Assembly (NCBI GenBank): GCA_963740765.1
Contig: CAVUFN010000008.1
Span: 392,092 to 456,091, forward strand
Direction: 5' to 3'
Source: an uncultured Solirubrobacteraceae bacterium
GTDB taxonomy: Bacteria > Actinomycetota > Thermoleophilia > Solirubrobacterales > Solirubrobacteraceae
DNA: 64,000 nucleotides
Part shown: piece by piece, positions 17,570-26,887 of the stretch
Layout: each line of letters opens with the position of its first letter
Position numbering within the stretch: position 1 is the first letter of the stretch
Translations under genes and position numbers: made by a program
The notes under the pieces: generated by a model
Database searches by the model: none
What the model was told of the DNA's origin: nothing
What the model saw: only the letters and a program-made list of their open reading frames with translations

Positions 17570-18799
17570 TCAAACTTCTACGTGATATTCGGCGCGCTGG
17601 AAGGAGAAATCGTGCTCGAGATCCAGCACGCCCTCGGTGTCGCGCGTGCCGGTGACGATGAACGACATCATCCCGGGGGCGCGGTCGAGCACGTCCTGGC
17701 CCGATCCGCGGCGCGCGATCGTCGGGGTGACGAAGTAGTGGCCCGGCGCGAGCACGTTCTCGAAGCAGACCTCCAGGCGCGCGAAGTCGCCGGCCCTGAA
17801 GGAGCCGGTGAGTTCCTGCGTCCAGACCGAGGAAGTCGCGAACACCGGCCGGTGCTGGTCGTCCTCGATCATCAGGGAGACGACCGGATCGTCGACGTCC
17901 TCCTTGAACTGCACGTGGGCGCCGATGATCATCGCCTGGCCCTGCGGCGCGGACTCGAGCGGCTGGTGGTCCGGCGTCTCGATCCACAGCCCGACGAAGC
18001 GCGCGGAGCGGTCGCCGAAGCGGTCGCGCTCGCTGTCGTCGTCGACGGGCTGCTCGTGATGGAAGTTGAGCTCGAGGTAGCGCTCGCCGACGCGCACCGG
18101 GTCGCCCGTATCGACGACGTGGCCGCGCTCCAGCACCATCGCGCGGTGGCAGAAGCGCCGCACGGAGCTCATGTCGTGGGTGACGAGCACGATCGTCCGG
18201 CCCTCGTCGCGCAGCCGGTTGAACTGGTTGAAGCACTTCTGCTGGAAGGCCGCGTCACCCACGGCGAGAACCTCGTCGATGAGCAGGATGTCGGCGTTGA
18301 CCTGGATCATCACCGCGAACGCCAGGCGGACGTGCATGCCGCTCGAGTAGTTCTTGAGCTTGACGTTCTCGTACTCCTGCAGCTCGGAGAAGTCCATGAC
18401 CCGCTCGTAGCGCTCGCGCGCCTCGGACTGGGAGAGGCCGAGCATGATCGCGTTCAGGACGACGTTGTCGCGGGCCGCGAGATCGGGGTTGAAGCCCACG
18501 CCGAGCTCGATGAAGGTCGACATGCGGCCGTTGACCCAGATCTCGCCCGCGGAGGTCTGGTAGATGCCGGCGATCAGCTTGAGCAGCGTGCTCTTGCCCG
18601 AGCCGTTGCGGCCGACGATGCCGAAGAACTCGCCCTGCTCCACGGAGAACGAGACGTCGCGGACGGCGACGAACTCGTCGAAGCCGGTACGCCTGAACGG
18701 GTGCAGCGCCCGCTCCTTGAGCGTGTGCATCTGCTCCTCCGGCCGCCGGAACCGCTTGCTGACGCCATCGACGACGATGGCTGGCGTGGCCGGGCTCAT
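17570..18799 (-). CDS. wzt: polysaccharide/O-antigen ABC exporter ATP-binding protein (Wzt/TagH-like) with C-terminal extension
   Basis: Walker A GRNGSGKST, signature YSSGMHVRLAFA, Walker B LLIDEVLAVGD. A further roughly 160-aa beta-rich C-terminal domain resembles the glycan-binding domain of Wzt. Confidence 0.85.
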   Translation of the reverse strand: MSPATPAIVVDGVSKRFRRPEEQMHTLKERALHPFRRTGFDEFVAVRDVSFSVEQGEFFGIVGRNGSGKSTLLKLIAGIYQTSAGEIWVNGRMSTFIELGVGFNPDLAARDNVVLNAIMLGLSQSEARERYERVMDFSELQEYENVKLKNYSSGMHVRLAFAVMIQVNADILLIDEVLAVGDAAFQQKCFNQFNRLRDEGRTIVLVTHDMSSVRRFCHRAMVLERGHVVDTGDPVRVGERYLELNFHHEQPVDDDSERDRFGDRSARFVGLWIETPDHQPLESAPQGQAMIIGAHVQFKEDVDDPVVSLMIEDDQHRPVFATSSVWTQELTGSFRAGDFARLEVCFENVLAPGHYFVTPTIARRGSGQDVLDRAPGMMSFIVTGTRDTEGVLDLEHDFSFQRAEYHVEV

Positions 18800-18829
18800 G
18801 ACGGTCGGAGGGTAGTCTCCTGACCGCTG

Positions 18830-21523
18830 ATGGCCGTGCCCGCCCGCCCGACTTCACGCGTGCCCGAGACCGGCGACATGCGCTTGCGCGACCTCGCGGC
18901 TGCGGTCGTCCGGCCGGACGTCAAGGTCGTGTCCACCGACGTCTTCGACACGCTGCTGTGGCGTCAGGTCCCGTCCCCGCCCGCCGCCTTCGGGCTGGTC
19001 GGGGACCGGCTCGCGCGCCGCGGGATGCTCGCGCCGTCGATCACCGCCACCGGCTTCGCCTCGCTGCGCGAGCAGGCCGAGCAGCGCGCGCGCCACCTGC
19101 TCGCCGAGCGCACCGAGCGCACCGAGATCACGCTCACGGAGATCTACGCGCTGCTGGGCGAGGGCGTGCTCGCCGCGGGTGCCCGCGCGGCGGCGGCCGC
19201 GCTCCGGGTCGAGCTCGAGGTCGAGCGCGACCTGCTCGTCCCCGATCTCGACGTCCTCGCGCTGCTGGAGGCCGCGAGCGAGGCCGGCAAGACGGTTGTC
19301 GGCGTGTCCGACATCTACTTCGAGGAGGACCAGCTGCGCTGGCTGCTGCACCAGCCGGCGCTGCGCGGCTTCGAGCTCGACCGCGTCTTCACCTCGTGCT
19401 CGTACCGGATCGGCAAGAGCGGCGGGCTGTTCGAGATCGTCCTGCGCGAGCTCGACGTCGTGCCGGAGCAGGTCGTCCACCTCGGCGACAACGAGGTCGC
19501 CGACGTCGTGGTCCCGGGCAAGCTCGGCATCGCCTGCACGCCCTTCGAGCAGCGCCCGGAGGCGCTGAGCCGGCTGATGGCGGCCGAGGCCCGCCACGTC
19601 TCCCGCGGGCCGGTGTTCGGCCGCAGCCCGTCCGACGCGGGCGTCGCCCCCGACCTCACCGCGCTGCGCGGCAAGCTCGCCTCCCGCGCCGAGCGCGAGG
19701 CGCTGCCCGGGGCGCTGCGTCCCTACTGGGACCACGGCGCCCTGGTCCACGGGCCGGTGCTCACGGGCTTCGCCGAATGGGTGCAGGAGCGCGCCGCCGA
19801 GCTGGGCGTCACCCGCGTCCACGCGTTCATGCGCGAGGGAGCGTTCCTCGGCCCGCTGATCGACCGCGCCGGTGAGTACGGCGGCACGGAGATCCGCTGC
19901 GCGCCGCTGTGGCTCAACCGCGAGGTGCTCGCGCTGGCCGCGGTCTCCGATGCCTCCGACGGCGACCTGCGCCCGCTGCTCGAGCGGCGACGGACGCCGA
20001 CCGTCGGGCGGCTGCTGCGCACGCTCGGCCTCGCCGTGGCCGACCTCCCGCGCTTCGCCGATCACGTCGACACCCGCCTCGACGACGTCACCACCTCTCA
20101 CGAGCTGTTCGCGGCCATCGAGGCCGACGAGACGGTGCGCGCGAAGGTCGTCGCGCACGCCGCCACCGCCCGCGAGCGCATCGTCCGCTACGTCGAGCGC
20201 GAGCTGGCGGGCGACAAGCGCCTGGTGTGCGTGGACATCGGATGGGGTGCGACCGCGCAGGGGCTGCTGGACCGCGCGCTGCGCCAGACCGGCCTCGACA
20301 TCGAGGTGCACGGCCTCTACCTCGCGCTGCACGAGGGCGCCGCTCAGCGCACCTTCCAGGGGACGCCGACCGCCGGCTTCCTCGCCGAGTTCGGCAAGCC
20401 GGAGGCCGCCACCAGGCTGCTGGTCCGCTCCCCCGAGGTGCTCGAGCAGATCTGCATGCCCGACCACGGCTCGCAGGTCGGGCTCGACGACGCGCTGGAA
20501 CCGGTGCTGGAGGCCGGGATGCGCGACCCCGTGCAGGCCGCGCAGGCCGACACGGTGCGCAAGGGCGTGCTCGCGTTCCAGCGCGAGTGGGCGCGCTACC
20601 GGCTCGCGACGCCCGGCAAGGTCGCCGCCCTGGCCGGCGCCGCCGAGCTGCTGCGCCCGCTCCTGGTCCGCGCTGTCGCGTCGCCCACGCCGGAGGAGAT
20701 CGCGGCGTTCGGCGGCTGGCTGCACGACGAGAACCAGGGCTCGGACGCCACGGAGGCGATGGTGAACCCGGCACTCGGCTCGATGCTGCGCCACCTCGAC
20801 CCGGCGGGCCTCAAGGACCTGCCCATGAACGACCTCTACTGGCCGTTCGCGGCGGCGGCCTCGGTGGATCCGACGTGGCCGGCGCTGATCGACCTGGCCG
20901 CGTCCGGCGAGCTGCCGTGGGAAGCGCTGTCGGGGGAGGCCGACACCGGCCCGTTCACCGTCCAGATCGCGCGCGGGACCAACGTCGACGTCTCGGAGGC
21001 ACAGCGCGTCGGGGGCACGATCACCCGCAACCGCTTCGGCCTCAGCGCCGTCCAGGGGACGCTGCGCGGCGGGTCGATCGAGGAGCTCGTCATCCGGCCC
21101 TGCGACCGGCCCGCCGTGGTGCGGCTGGACCACCTGGAGCTGCGCCTGCACGTGCAGGGTCGCGCCGACCCGGAGGTCATCGTCCTCGAGCGCCCGGACC
21201 AGTTCGCGAGGCTGCCCCGGGTCAACGCCTTCGTGCTGAACCCGAACCTGTTCATCGCCCACTCGACGGCCGCGGAGCTGCGCGTCCCGCTCGACGACGT
21301 CGTCGGCCACGTCTTCCGCATCGACGTGCGCGTCGCGTTCGCGACCATGGCGATCGGCGAGATGCTGCCGACGCCCGGCCGCGTGCGCAGCGTGGAGGAG
21401 GCGGGCACGCGCGTCGAGGAGCTCGAGGCGCTCGTCGCGAAGCTGGGCCAGACGATCGCCGACATGGACTCGTCGCTGAGCTGGAAGCTCACCAAGCCGC
21501 TGCGGTGGCTGAAGAACCGATGA
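18830..21523 (+). CDS. large (897 aa) HAD-like hydrolase-domain protein with uncharacterised central region and C-terminal coiled coil
   Basis: N-terminus VVSTDVFDTLLWRQ (HAD motif I, DxFDT) and a later GDNEVADV (motif IV-like). The C-terminus EELEALVAKLGQTIADMDSSLSWKLTKPLRWLKNR is a tail motif recurrent in glycan-cluster proteins. An alternative start is ATG 18878. Confidence 0.6.
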   Translation: MAVPARPTSRVPETGDMRLRDLAAAVVRPDVKVVSTDVFDTLLWRQVPSPPAAFGLVGDRLARRGMLAPSITATGFASLREQAEQRARHLLAERTERTEITLTEIYALLGEGVLAAGARAAAAALRVELEVERDLLVPDLDVLALLEAASEAGKTVVGVSDIYFEEDQLRWLLHQPALRGFELDRVFTSCSYRIGKSGGLFEIVLRELDVVPEQVVHLGDNEVADVVVPGKLGIACTPFEQRPEALSRLMAAEARHVSRGPVFGRSPSDAGVAPDLTALRGKLASRAEREALPGALRPYWDHGALVHGPVLTGFAEWVQERAAELGVTRVHAFMREGAFLGPLIDRAGEYGGTEIRCAPLWLNREVLALAAVSDASDGDLRPLLERRRTPTVGRLLRTLGLAVADLPRFADHVDTRLDDVTTSHELFAAIEADETVRAKVVAHAATARERIVRYVERELAGDKRLVCVDIGWGATAQGLLDRALRQTGLDIEVHGLYLALHEGAAQRTFQGTPTAGFLAEFGKPEAATRLLVRSPEVLEQICMPDHGSQVGLDDALEPVLEAGMRDPVQAAQADTVRKGVLAFQREWARYRLATPGKVAALAGAAELLRPLLVRAVASPTPEEIAAFGGWLHDENQGSDATEAMVNPALGSMLRHLDPAGLKDLPMNDLYWPFAAAASVDPTWPALIDLAASGELPWEALSGEADTGPFTVQIARGTNVDVSEAQRVGGTITRNRFGLSAVQGTLRGGSIEELVIRPCDRPAVVRLDHLELRLHVQGRADPEVIVLERPDQFARLPRVNAFVLNPNLFIAHSTAAELRVPLDDVVGHVFRIDVRVAFATMAIGEMLPTPGRVRSVEEAGTRVEELEALVAKLGQTIADMDSSLSWKLTKPLRWLKNR

Positions 21524-22434
21524 CCGAGCGACCGCTGCTGCTGCACTCGCTGGCGGAGTTCCGCGCGATCCTGCTGCCGGTGCTCGACGCCGTCGCGCCG
21601 AAGCGCCTCGTGGAGATCGGCGGCGAGGGCGGGGCGTTCACCGAGGAGCTGGCGCGCTGGGCGGAGCGCCGCGGCGCCGAGCTGCACTGCGTCGAGCCCG
21701 AGCCGAGCACGGCCGTGCTCGCGCTGGCCGACGCCGGCCGCGTGCAGCTCACGCAGGGCAAGAGCCCGGGCGCGCTCGCCGACCTGCCGCGCTTCGACCT
21801 GGCGGTCATCGACGGCGACCACAACTGGCACGTCGTCTCCGGCGAGCTGCGCGCGCTGTTCGGCGACCGCGACGATCCGCCCGTCGCCGTGCTGCACGAC
21901 GTCGGCTGGCCCGCCGCCCGGCGCGACCAGTACTACGCGCCCGACGACGTCCCGGCCGACCGCCGCAAGCCCTTCGACTACGACCTCGGGGCCGTGCCGG
22001 ACCGGACGCTGCTCCAGCCCGTCGGCGGCTTCCGTGGTGAGGGCGCGTTCGCCTACGCCCTCGAGGAGGGCGGCGAGCGCAACGGCGTCCTCACCGCCGT
22101 CGATGACTTCCTGGCCGGCCGCGACGACCTCGAGCTGCGCCGCATCCCGGCGATCTTCGGCGTCGGCGTGGTGTTCGCGAGTGCTGCGCCCTACGCGGAC
22201 GCGCTGCGCGACCTGCTCGACCCGCTGCACGAGCATCCGCTGCTCGCCCGCCTGGAGGAGAACCGGCTCGACCTGTTCCTCGCGGTGCTGCGCGCGCGCG
22301 ACGAGCTGCGCGCCCAGCGGACCGGCGTCGACGCGCTGATCGCGGGGCTCGAGCGCGAGCTGGAGGCCGAGAAGGCCGAGAACGCGCGCCTCCGCTTGGA
22401 AGCCGCCGTCAGTCCTCCTGCTCGGCCCGGCTGA
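21520..22434 (+). CDS. class I SAM-dependent methyltransferase (Methyltransf_24/CmcI-like) with C-terminal coiled coil
   Basis: VEIGGEGGAFTEEL (SAM motif I) and LAVIDGDHNWHVV. The C-terminal 70 aa are heptad-like (LERELEAEKAENARLRLE). ATGA overlap with the upstream gene. This is the in-frame tail of track ORF 19909..22434. Confidence 0.7.
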   Translation: MTERPLLLHSLAEFRAILLPVLDAVAPKRLVEIGGEGGAFTEELARWAERRGAELHCVEPEPSTAVLALADAGRVQLTQGKSPGALADLPRFDLAVIDGDHNWHVVSGELRALFGDRDDPPVAVLHDVGWPAARRDQYYAPDDVPADRRKPFDYDLGAVPDRTLLQPVGGFRGEGAFAYALEEGGERNGVLTAVDDFLAGRDDLELRRIPAIFGVGVVFASAAPYADALRDLLDPLHEHPLLARLEENRLDLFLAVLRARDELRAQRTGVDALIAGLERELEAEKAENARLRLEAAVSPPARPG

Positions 22435-23080
22435 TCGCCCGCCACAGCAGCAGCGGGCCGCCGACGAGCAGCAGCAGGGCCAGCACGACGTAGGTCGCCG
22501 GGCCGACGAAGCCGGGGCGCAGCACGGAGGCGCGGCGCAGGAAGTCCGGGATCATCTCGAGGTAGTTGCGGCCGGTGCCGGGCTCGAGCGGGAAGTAGAT
22601 CGCCCAGTCGCCGCCGATGTTGTCGTCGCCCCGGTACAGGTTGCTGGCCGACAGGGACTCCTTGCCGTACAGCTCGATGGTGCGCTTGCCGTCGTTGCGC
22701 GCGCAGACCTCGAGGCCGTGGTCGGCGGGCAGCGCCCTGGGCATCGTCAGGCCGAAGTACGAGCCGGGGTCGAGCGTCCAGCCGGCGGGCACGGTGGCGC
22801 TGGCCAGCGGCCGGCCGGTGTCGGCGTCGGAGACGCGGATGCGCACGGGCGGCCCGGGGTTCGGGCCGTTGTAGATCGCGACGCCCACGATGCGCGCGGC
22901 GTGGTCGATGTCGAGCGGCCGCTGGCAGAGCTCCTCGTTCGGGGTGAGGGTGGAGATCGGCCCCGCGGCCGGGACGCCGATCCGGGTCACGTCGATCTCC
23001 TCGCCGAGGCTGCCGCGCCAGATCAGCAGGCCGAGCCCGACGACGAGGACCGCGAGGAGGCCGAGCACGCCGCTACGCAT
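22409..23080 (-). CDS. hypothetical bitopic membrane protein (TM at both ends, extracytoplasmic middle)
   Basis: 223 aa, with TM helices at residues about 5-22 and about 195-215. 8-nt overlap with the upstream DUF2142-like gene. No recognisable catalytic motif. Confidence 0.5.
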   Translation of the reverse strand: MRSGVLGLLAVLVVGLGLLIWRGSLGEEIDVTRIGVPAAGPISTLTPNEELCQRPLDIDHAARIVGVAIYNGPNPGPPVRIRVSDADTGRPLASATVPAGWTLDPGSYFGLTMPRALPADHGLEVCARNDGKRTIELYGKESLSASNLYRGDDNIGGDWAIYFPLEPGTGRNYLEMIPDFLRRASVLRPGFVGPATYVVLALLLLVGGPLLLWRAISRAEQED

Positions 23081-24629
23081 AGAACTTGGTGGCCAGCAGG
23101 GCGAGGGAGGTGACCTGGAAGACGACGAGGAAGCCGAGCCACGCCCCGGCGAAGGTGGGCTGCAGGCGGCGCGGGAGCGCGGTCAGCGCGCCGGCCACCG
23201 CGAGCGCGCCGAGGCTCGCGACGGGGAACAGGTAGCGGCCCTGGGCGAACGGCAGCGCCCCGCTGATCCCGTTGGCGTAGTCCTGCAGGTGCACGCCGCC
23301 GAGGACCGCGCCGGCCGCCAGCACGAAGGTGATCGGGAGGGCCGGCGAGCCCGTCCGCACCGTGGTCGCGCGGCGGTTCCGGAAGGCGCGCACGGCGAGC
23401 AGCGCCAGTCCGGCGAGGATCACCAGGGTGATGACGAAGAAGATCCGGTAGACCCAGCGCGGGAACCAGATGTTCACCCAGCCGAACGTCCCCCACGAGG
23501 TGCCGAGCCAGAGGTTGTAGACCGGCAGGTCGCTGATCACCGGGTACATGAAGATCTGGCGGTCCATGAAGCCGGGGTTGGGCAGGTAGAACTGCCACAG
23601 GTAGGAGGCGAAGCGGTGCAGGTTCGGCCGCTCGGCGACGGCGTTGGCCAGCTGCGCCGGCAGGACGCCGGCGGCCTCGCCGATCAGCAGCAGCACGAGC
23701 GGCACCACGATCAGCACCGCGGCCAGGCCGAGCAGCGGCTTGAGGCGGTCGTCGGTGCGCGCGCGCACGGCGGGCAGCCCGGCCACGACGGCGAACAACG
23801 CCGCGGGGAACAAGGCGGCGCCGGACACCTTCGCGGCGGCCGCGACGAGCACCGTCGCGAACAGCGCGATCGCGGGCCACAACCGCGTGCCCCGGCGCGC
23901 GATCCGCGCCATCTGCCACAGCGCGAGCGTGCACGTCGCGGTCAGCATCGCGTCCGGGTTCACCGCCGCGGAGATGAAGGTGATCATCGGCCACAGCCCG
24001 AGCGTCCCGGCGGCGACGAGCTGGGGGAGACGGCGGCGGCCGAAGACCTCGCCGGCGAGCAACCAGCCCCCGGCGGCGGTCACCAGCACCCACAGGCCCG
24101 AGAACCAGCGCATCCAGGTCAGCCGGTCGATCGCCGTGCCCGACGAGGCGGCGCGGTAGGGCAGGCTCTCGAGCGCGTAGTAGAGCGGCGGGTACGAGGT
24201 CGCGCCCGACTGCTCGCCGCCGTTGTCGCGGCGCAGCGTCGGCTCCACGCGGTTGTAGCGCCGCTCGGCGGACTCGGCCCAGGGCGGGCGGGTGAAGGGG
24301 TCGACCATCACCGCGGGGGCGTTGCTCGCCTCGATGCTCCCGATCGTGTTCGAGGACACGACGAGCGGGTCGATCAACTCGGGCTCGCCGGTGTCGGGGT
24401 TGGGGATCGTGATCGTCCCGGCGCGGTCGGGCTTCGTCCCGTACTCGGCGAGCGACTCGGCGTAGCCGAAGTGCGCGATCTCGTCCGGCACCTGCCAGGC
24501 GGGATCCCAGAACGTCCAGATCGTCGTGCAGACCAAGACGAGCGGCAGCAGCAGCGCGAGCGGCCGCGGCACTGCGCGCACGATGGTCCTCGGCGACACC
24601 GCGGGCAGGCTAGGGAAGCGCCCGCGCAT
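23073..24629 (-). CDS. polytopic membrane protein, DUF2142/GT-C-like putative glycosyltransferase
   Basis: 518 aa with at least 10 TM helices. The first extracytoplasmic loop carries PDEIAHFGYAESL (acidic DE motif, as in GT-C enzymes). An alternative start is GTG 24599. Confidence 0.6.
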   Translation of the reverse strand: MRGRFPSLPAVSPRTIVRAVPRPLALLLPLVLVCTTIWTFWDPAWQVPDEIAHFGYAESLAEYGTKPDRAGTITIPNPDTGEPELIDPLVVSSNTIGSIEASNAPAVMVDPFTRPPWAESAERRYNRVEPTLRRDNGGEQSGATSYPPLYYALESLPYRAASSGTAIDRLTWMRWFSGLWVLVTAAGGWLLAGEVFGRRRLPQLVAAGTLGLWPMITFISAAVNPDAMLTATCTLALWQMARIARRGTRLWPAIALFATVLVAAAAKVSGAALFPAALFAVVAGLPAVRARTDDRLKPLLGLAAVLIVVPLVLLLIGEAAGVLPAQLANAVAERPNLHRFASYLWQFYLPNPGFMDRQIFMYPVISDLPVYNLWLGTSWGTFGWVNIWFPRWVYRIFFVITLVILAGLALLAVRAFRNRRATTVRTGSPALPITFVLAAGAVLGGVHLQDYANGISGALPFAQGRYLFPVASLGALAVAGALTALPRRLQPTFAGAWLGFLVVFQVTSLALLATKFYA

Positions 24630-25734
24630 ACGAGTCCAGAGCGGCCCGGGCGGTGCGGTCCCAGCCGAACTGCGCAGCCCGCGCGGGACCGCGCGCGATC
24701 AGGTCGGCGCGCACGGCGGGGTCGTTCAGGACGCGGGCGATGCCGGTCGCCAGGGCGTCGGTGTCGCGGCCGTCGACGAGCAGGGCGGCGTCGCCGGCGA
24801 CCTCGGGCAGGGACGTCGAGTCGGAGCAGACGACGGGAACGCCGCGGTGCATCGCCTCGAGGACCGGCAGCCCGAAGCCCTCGTGCAGCGACGGGTAGGC
24901 GAACGCGGTGGCCATGCGGTACAGGCCCTCGATCTCCGCGTCCTCCAGCCAGCCGGTGAAGCGCACGCGGTCCGCGACGCCGAGGTGCGCGGCGAGAGCC
25001 TTGAGCTCGTCGCTGACCCGGCCGGCGTGGCCGGTGAGCACGAGCAGCGTGGCGGGGTCCTGGCGCGCGAAGGCCTCGATCAGGCGCTCGAGGTTCTTGT
25101 GGGGGAGGGCGGCGGCGATGGACAGCAGGACGGGCGCCGCGCCGAGGTCCAGGCGGGCGCGCAGGTCGGCCTCCGGGGTGGGATCCGGGACGTCGCGCAT
25201 GCCGAGCCCGAGCGGCACGACGTCGACCCTGTCCGCCGGCAGCCGCAGCTCGGCGACGACCTCGTCCTTCGTTGCCCGCGAGGAGACCTGCACCCGGGCC
25301 GAGCGCCGCGCCCCGCGCGGGACGACCAGCTCGAGGCCCAGGCGCGCCGGGGTGGGGAAGGCGCCGGGATAGTGGTGGTAGATCAGGTCGTGGACCGTCG
25401 TCACGCGCGGCATGCGGGAGTGGAACGGCGTGGTGGTCCCGAAGGAGTGCAGAAGGTCGACGCCGGCCCGGCGGGCGGCGGCCGGGAGCCGGAGCAGCTC
25501 GGTGGCGAGGCGGGCGGGCTTGTTCGCGGCGTCGACGGGCAGCGTCTCCACGCGCACGGACGCCGGCCAGCTCGGGTCGGGCAGCACGGCGCCGGCCTCG
25601 CGGCCGCAGAAGCAGACGATCTCGAGGTCGGGCCGCTCGGTGGCCAGCGCGCCGACGAGCCGGCGGGCGAAGATCTCCGTCCCGCCGACCTGCTGCGGCA
25701 CGAGGTAGAGGAGGTTGATGCCGAGGCGCCTCAC
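24610..25734 (-). CDS. GT4-family (GT-B fold) glycosyltransferase
   Basis: GTG 25734 (GTGA overlap) gives VRRLGINLLYLVPQQVGGTEIFARRL. The C-terminal half has PSLHEGFGLPVLEAMHRGVPVVCSD (EX7E region). This is the tail of fused track ORF 24610..26886. Confidence 0.85.
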   Translation of the reverse strand: MRRLGINLLYLVPQQVGGTEIFARRLVGALATERPDLEIVCFCGREAGAVLPDPSWPASVRVETLPVDAANKPARLATELLRLPAAARRAGVDLLHSFGTTTPFHSRMPRVTTVHDLIYHHYPGAFPTPARLGLELVVPRGARRSARVQVSSRATKDEVVAELRLPADRVDVVPLGLGMRDVPDPTPEADLRARLDLGAAPVLLSIAAALPHKNLERLIEAFARQDPATLLVLTGHAGRVSDELKALAAHLGVADRVRFTGWLEDAEIEGLYRMATAFAYPSLHEGFGLPVLEAMHRGVPVVCSDSTSLPEVAGDAALLVDGRDTDALATGIARVLNDPAVRADLIARGPARAAQFGWDRTARAALDSYARALP

Positions 25735-26877
25735 GCGGCGGCCTTCACGAGCGCAGCTTCGAGGCGCTCGCCGACGGCCTGCCAGTCGTAGCGCGCCTCC
25801 ACGAGCGACCGTGCCGCCGCGGCGAGGCGCGCGCGGCGCTCGCGGTCGTCCAGCAGCGCGATCAGCGCCGCGGCGAACGCGTCCGGCCCGTCGGCCATGA
25901 CGAGGTGCTCGCCGTCGCGCAGGTCGGTCCCCTCGGCACCGACGGTGGTGGAGACCATGGCGCGGCCCGTCGCCGCGGCTTCGAGCACCTTCAGCCGCGA
26001 GCCGCCGCCGTCGTGGATGGGCACGGCCACGACGTGGGCGCCCGCGAACAGCGGCCGCATGTCCGGCACCTCGCCGGCGACCTCGATGCCGTCGCGGCCG
26101 CCGAAGGCCCGCAGGTCCTCCGGCGGGTGGCGGCCGGCGATGCGCAGCCGCGCGTCGGGCCGCTGGGCGCGGACCCGGGGCCAGACGTCGCGCGCGAGCC
26201 ACACGCCGCCCTCGTGGTTGGGCCGGTAGTTCATGGTGCCGGTGAACAGCACGGTCGGCGGCCCGTCCGTCTCGGCTTCGGGGACGAAGGCGGCGGTGTC
26301 GACGCCGTTGGGGACCACCGTGCTGGGCTGTCCGGTGAGCGCGGCGACGAGCTCGGCGTCGCGGTCGGAGACGGTGACCATGCCCTCGTAGCGCGGCCAC
26401 CAGCGGCGGGCGTGCGCGCGCAGCCGGGCCGCCTCGAAGCGGTCGCCGCGACGCGCGACCAGGTCGAAGGTCACGTCGTGCAGCTCGAGGACGCAGGGGA
26501 CGTCCGGCGGCAGATGGCGGCGCCACGCGGCGGCCACGTCCCACCCGACCATGGCCACGTCCGGCCGCTCGCGGACGGGCGGGCAGGCTGCGGCCCATGA
26601 CCTCGAGCAGCCACGGCTCCCAGGGGTCGGTGAGGGCACGCAGCAGCAGGCCGGGCCGGGCGAGGACGGCGTCCGCGACCTCGCGCCTCGCCGACGGCCG
26701 GACGGCCCCGATGACGCCCTGGGCCCGCGCGGCCTGCGCCTCGTCGCGCGGGATCGGGGCGGCCACGGTCACGGCGTGGCCGAGCTCCGCGAGCCGCCGC
26801 GTGACGTGGAACATCCGCCGCTGGCCGCCGGAGCCCTGCTCCAGCGGCACGAGACGGCTGAGGACGAGCACGCGCAT
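25731..26877 (-). pseudogene. GT4-family glycosyltransferase interrupted by one frameshift near 26570-26600
   Basis: The N-terminal 100 aa (MRVLVLSRLVPLEQGSGGQRR..LAELGHAVTV..DPWEPWLLEVMG) are in one frame. The remaining roughly 285 aa (RPDVAMVGWD...VVPNGVD...GGGSRLKVLEAAATGRAMVST) are in another frame (track ORF 25731..26639). Together they give a normal GT4 of about 385 aa. Confidence 0.75.
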
Positions 26878-26887
26878 CGCGAGCAAC

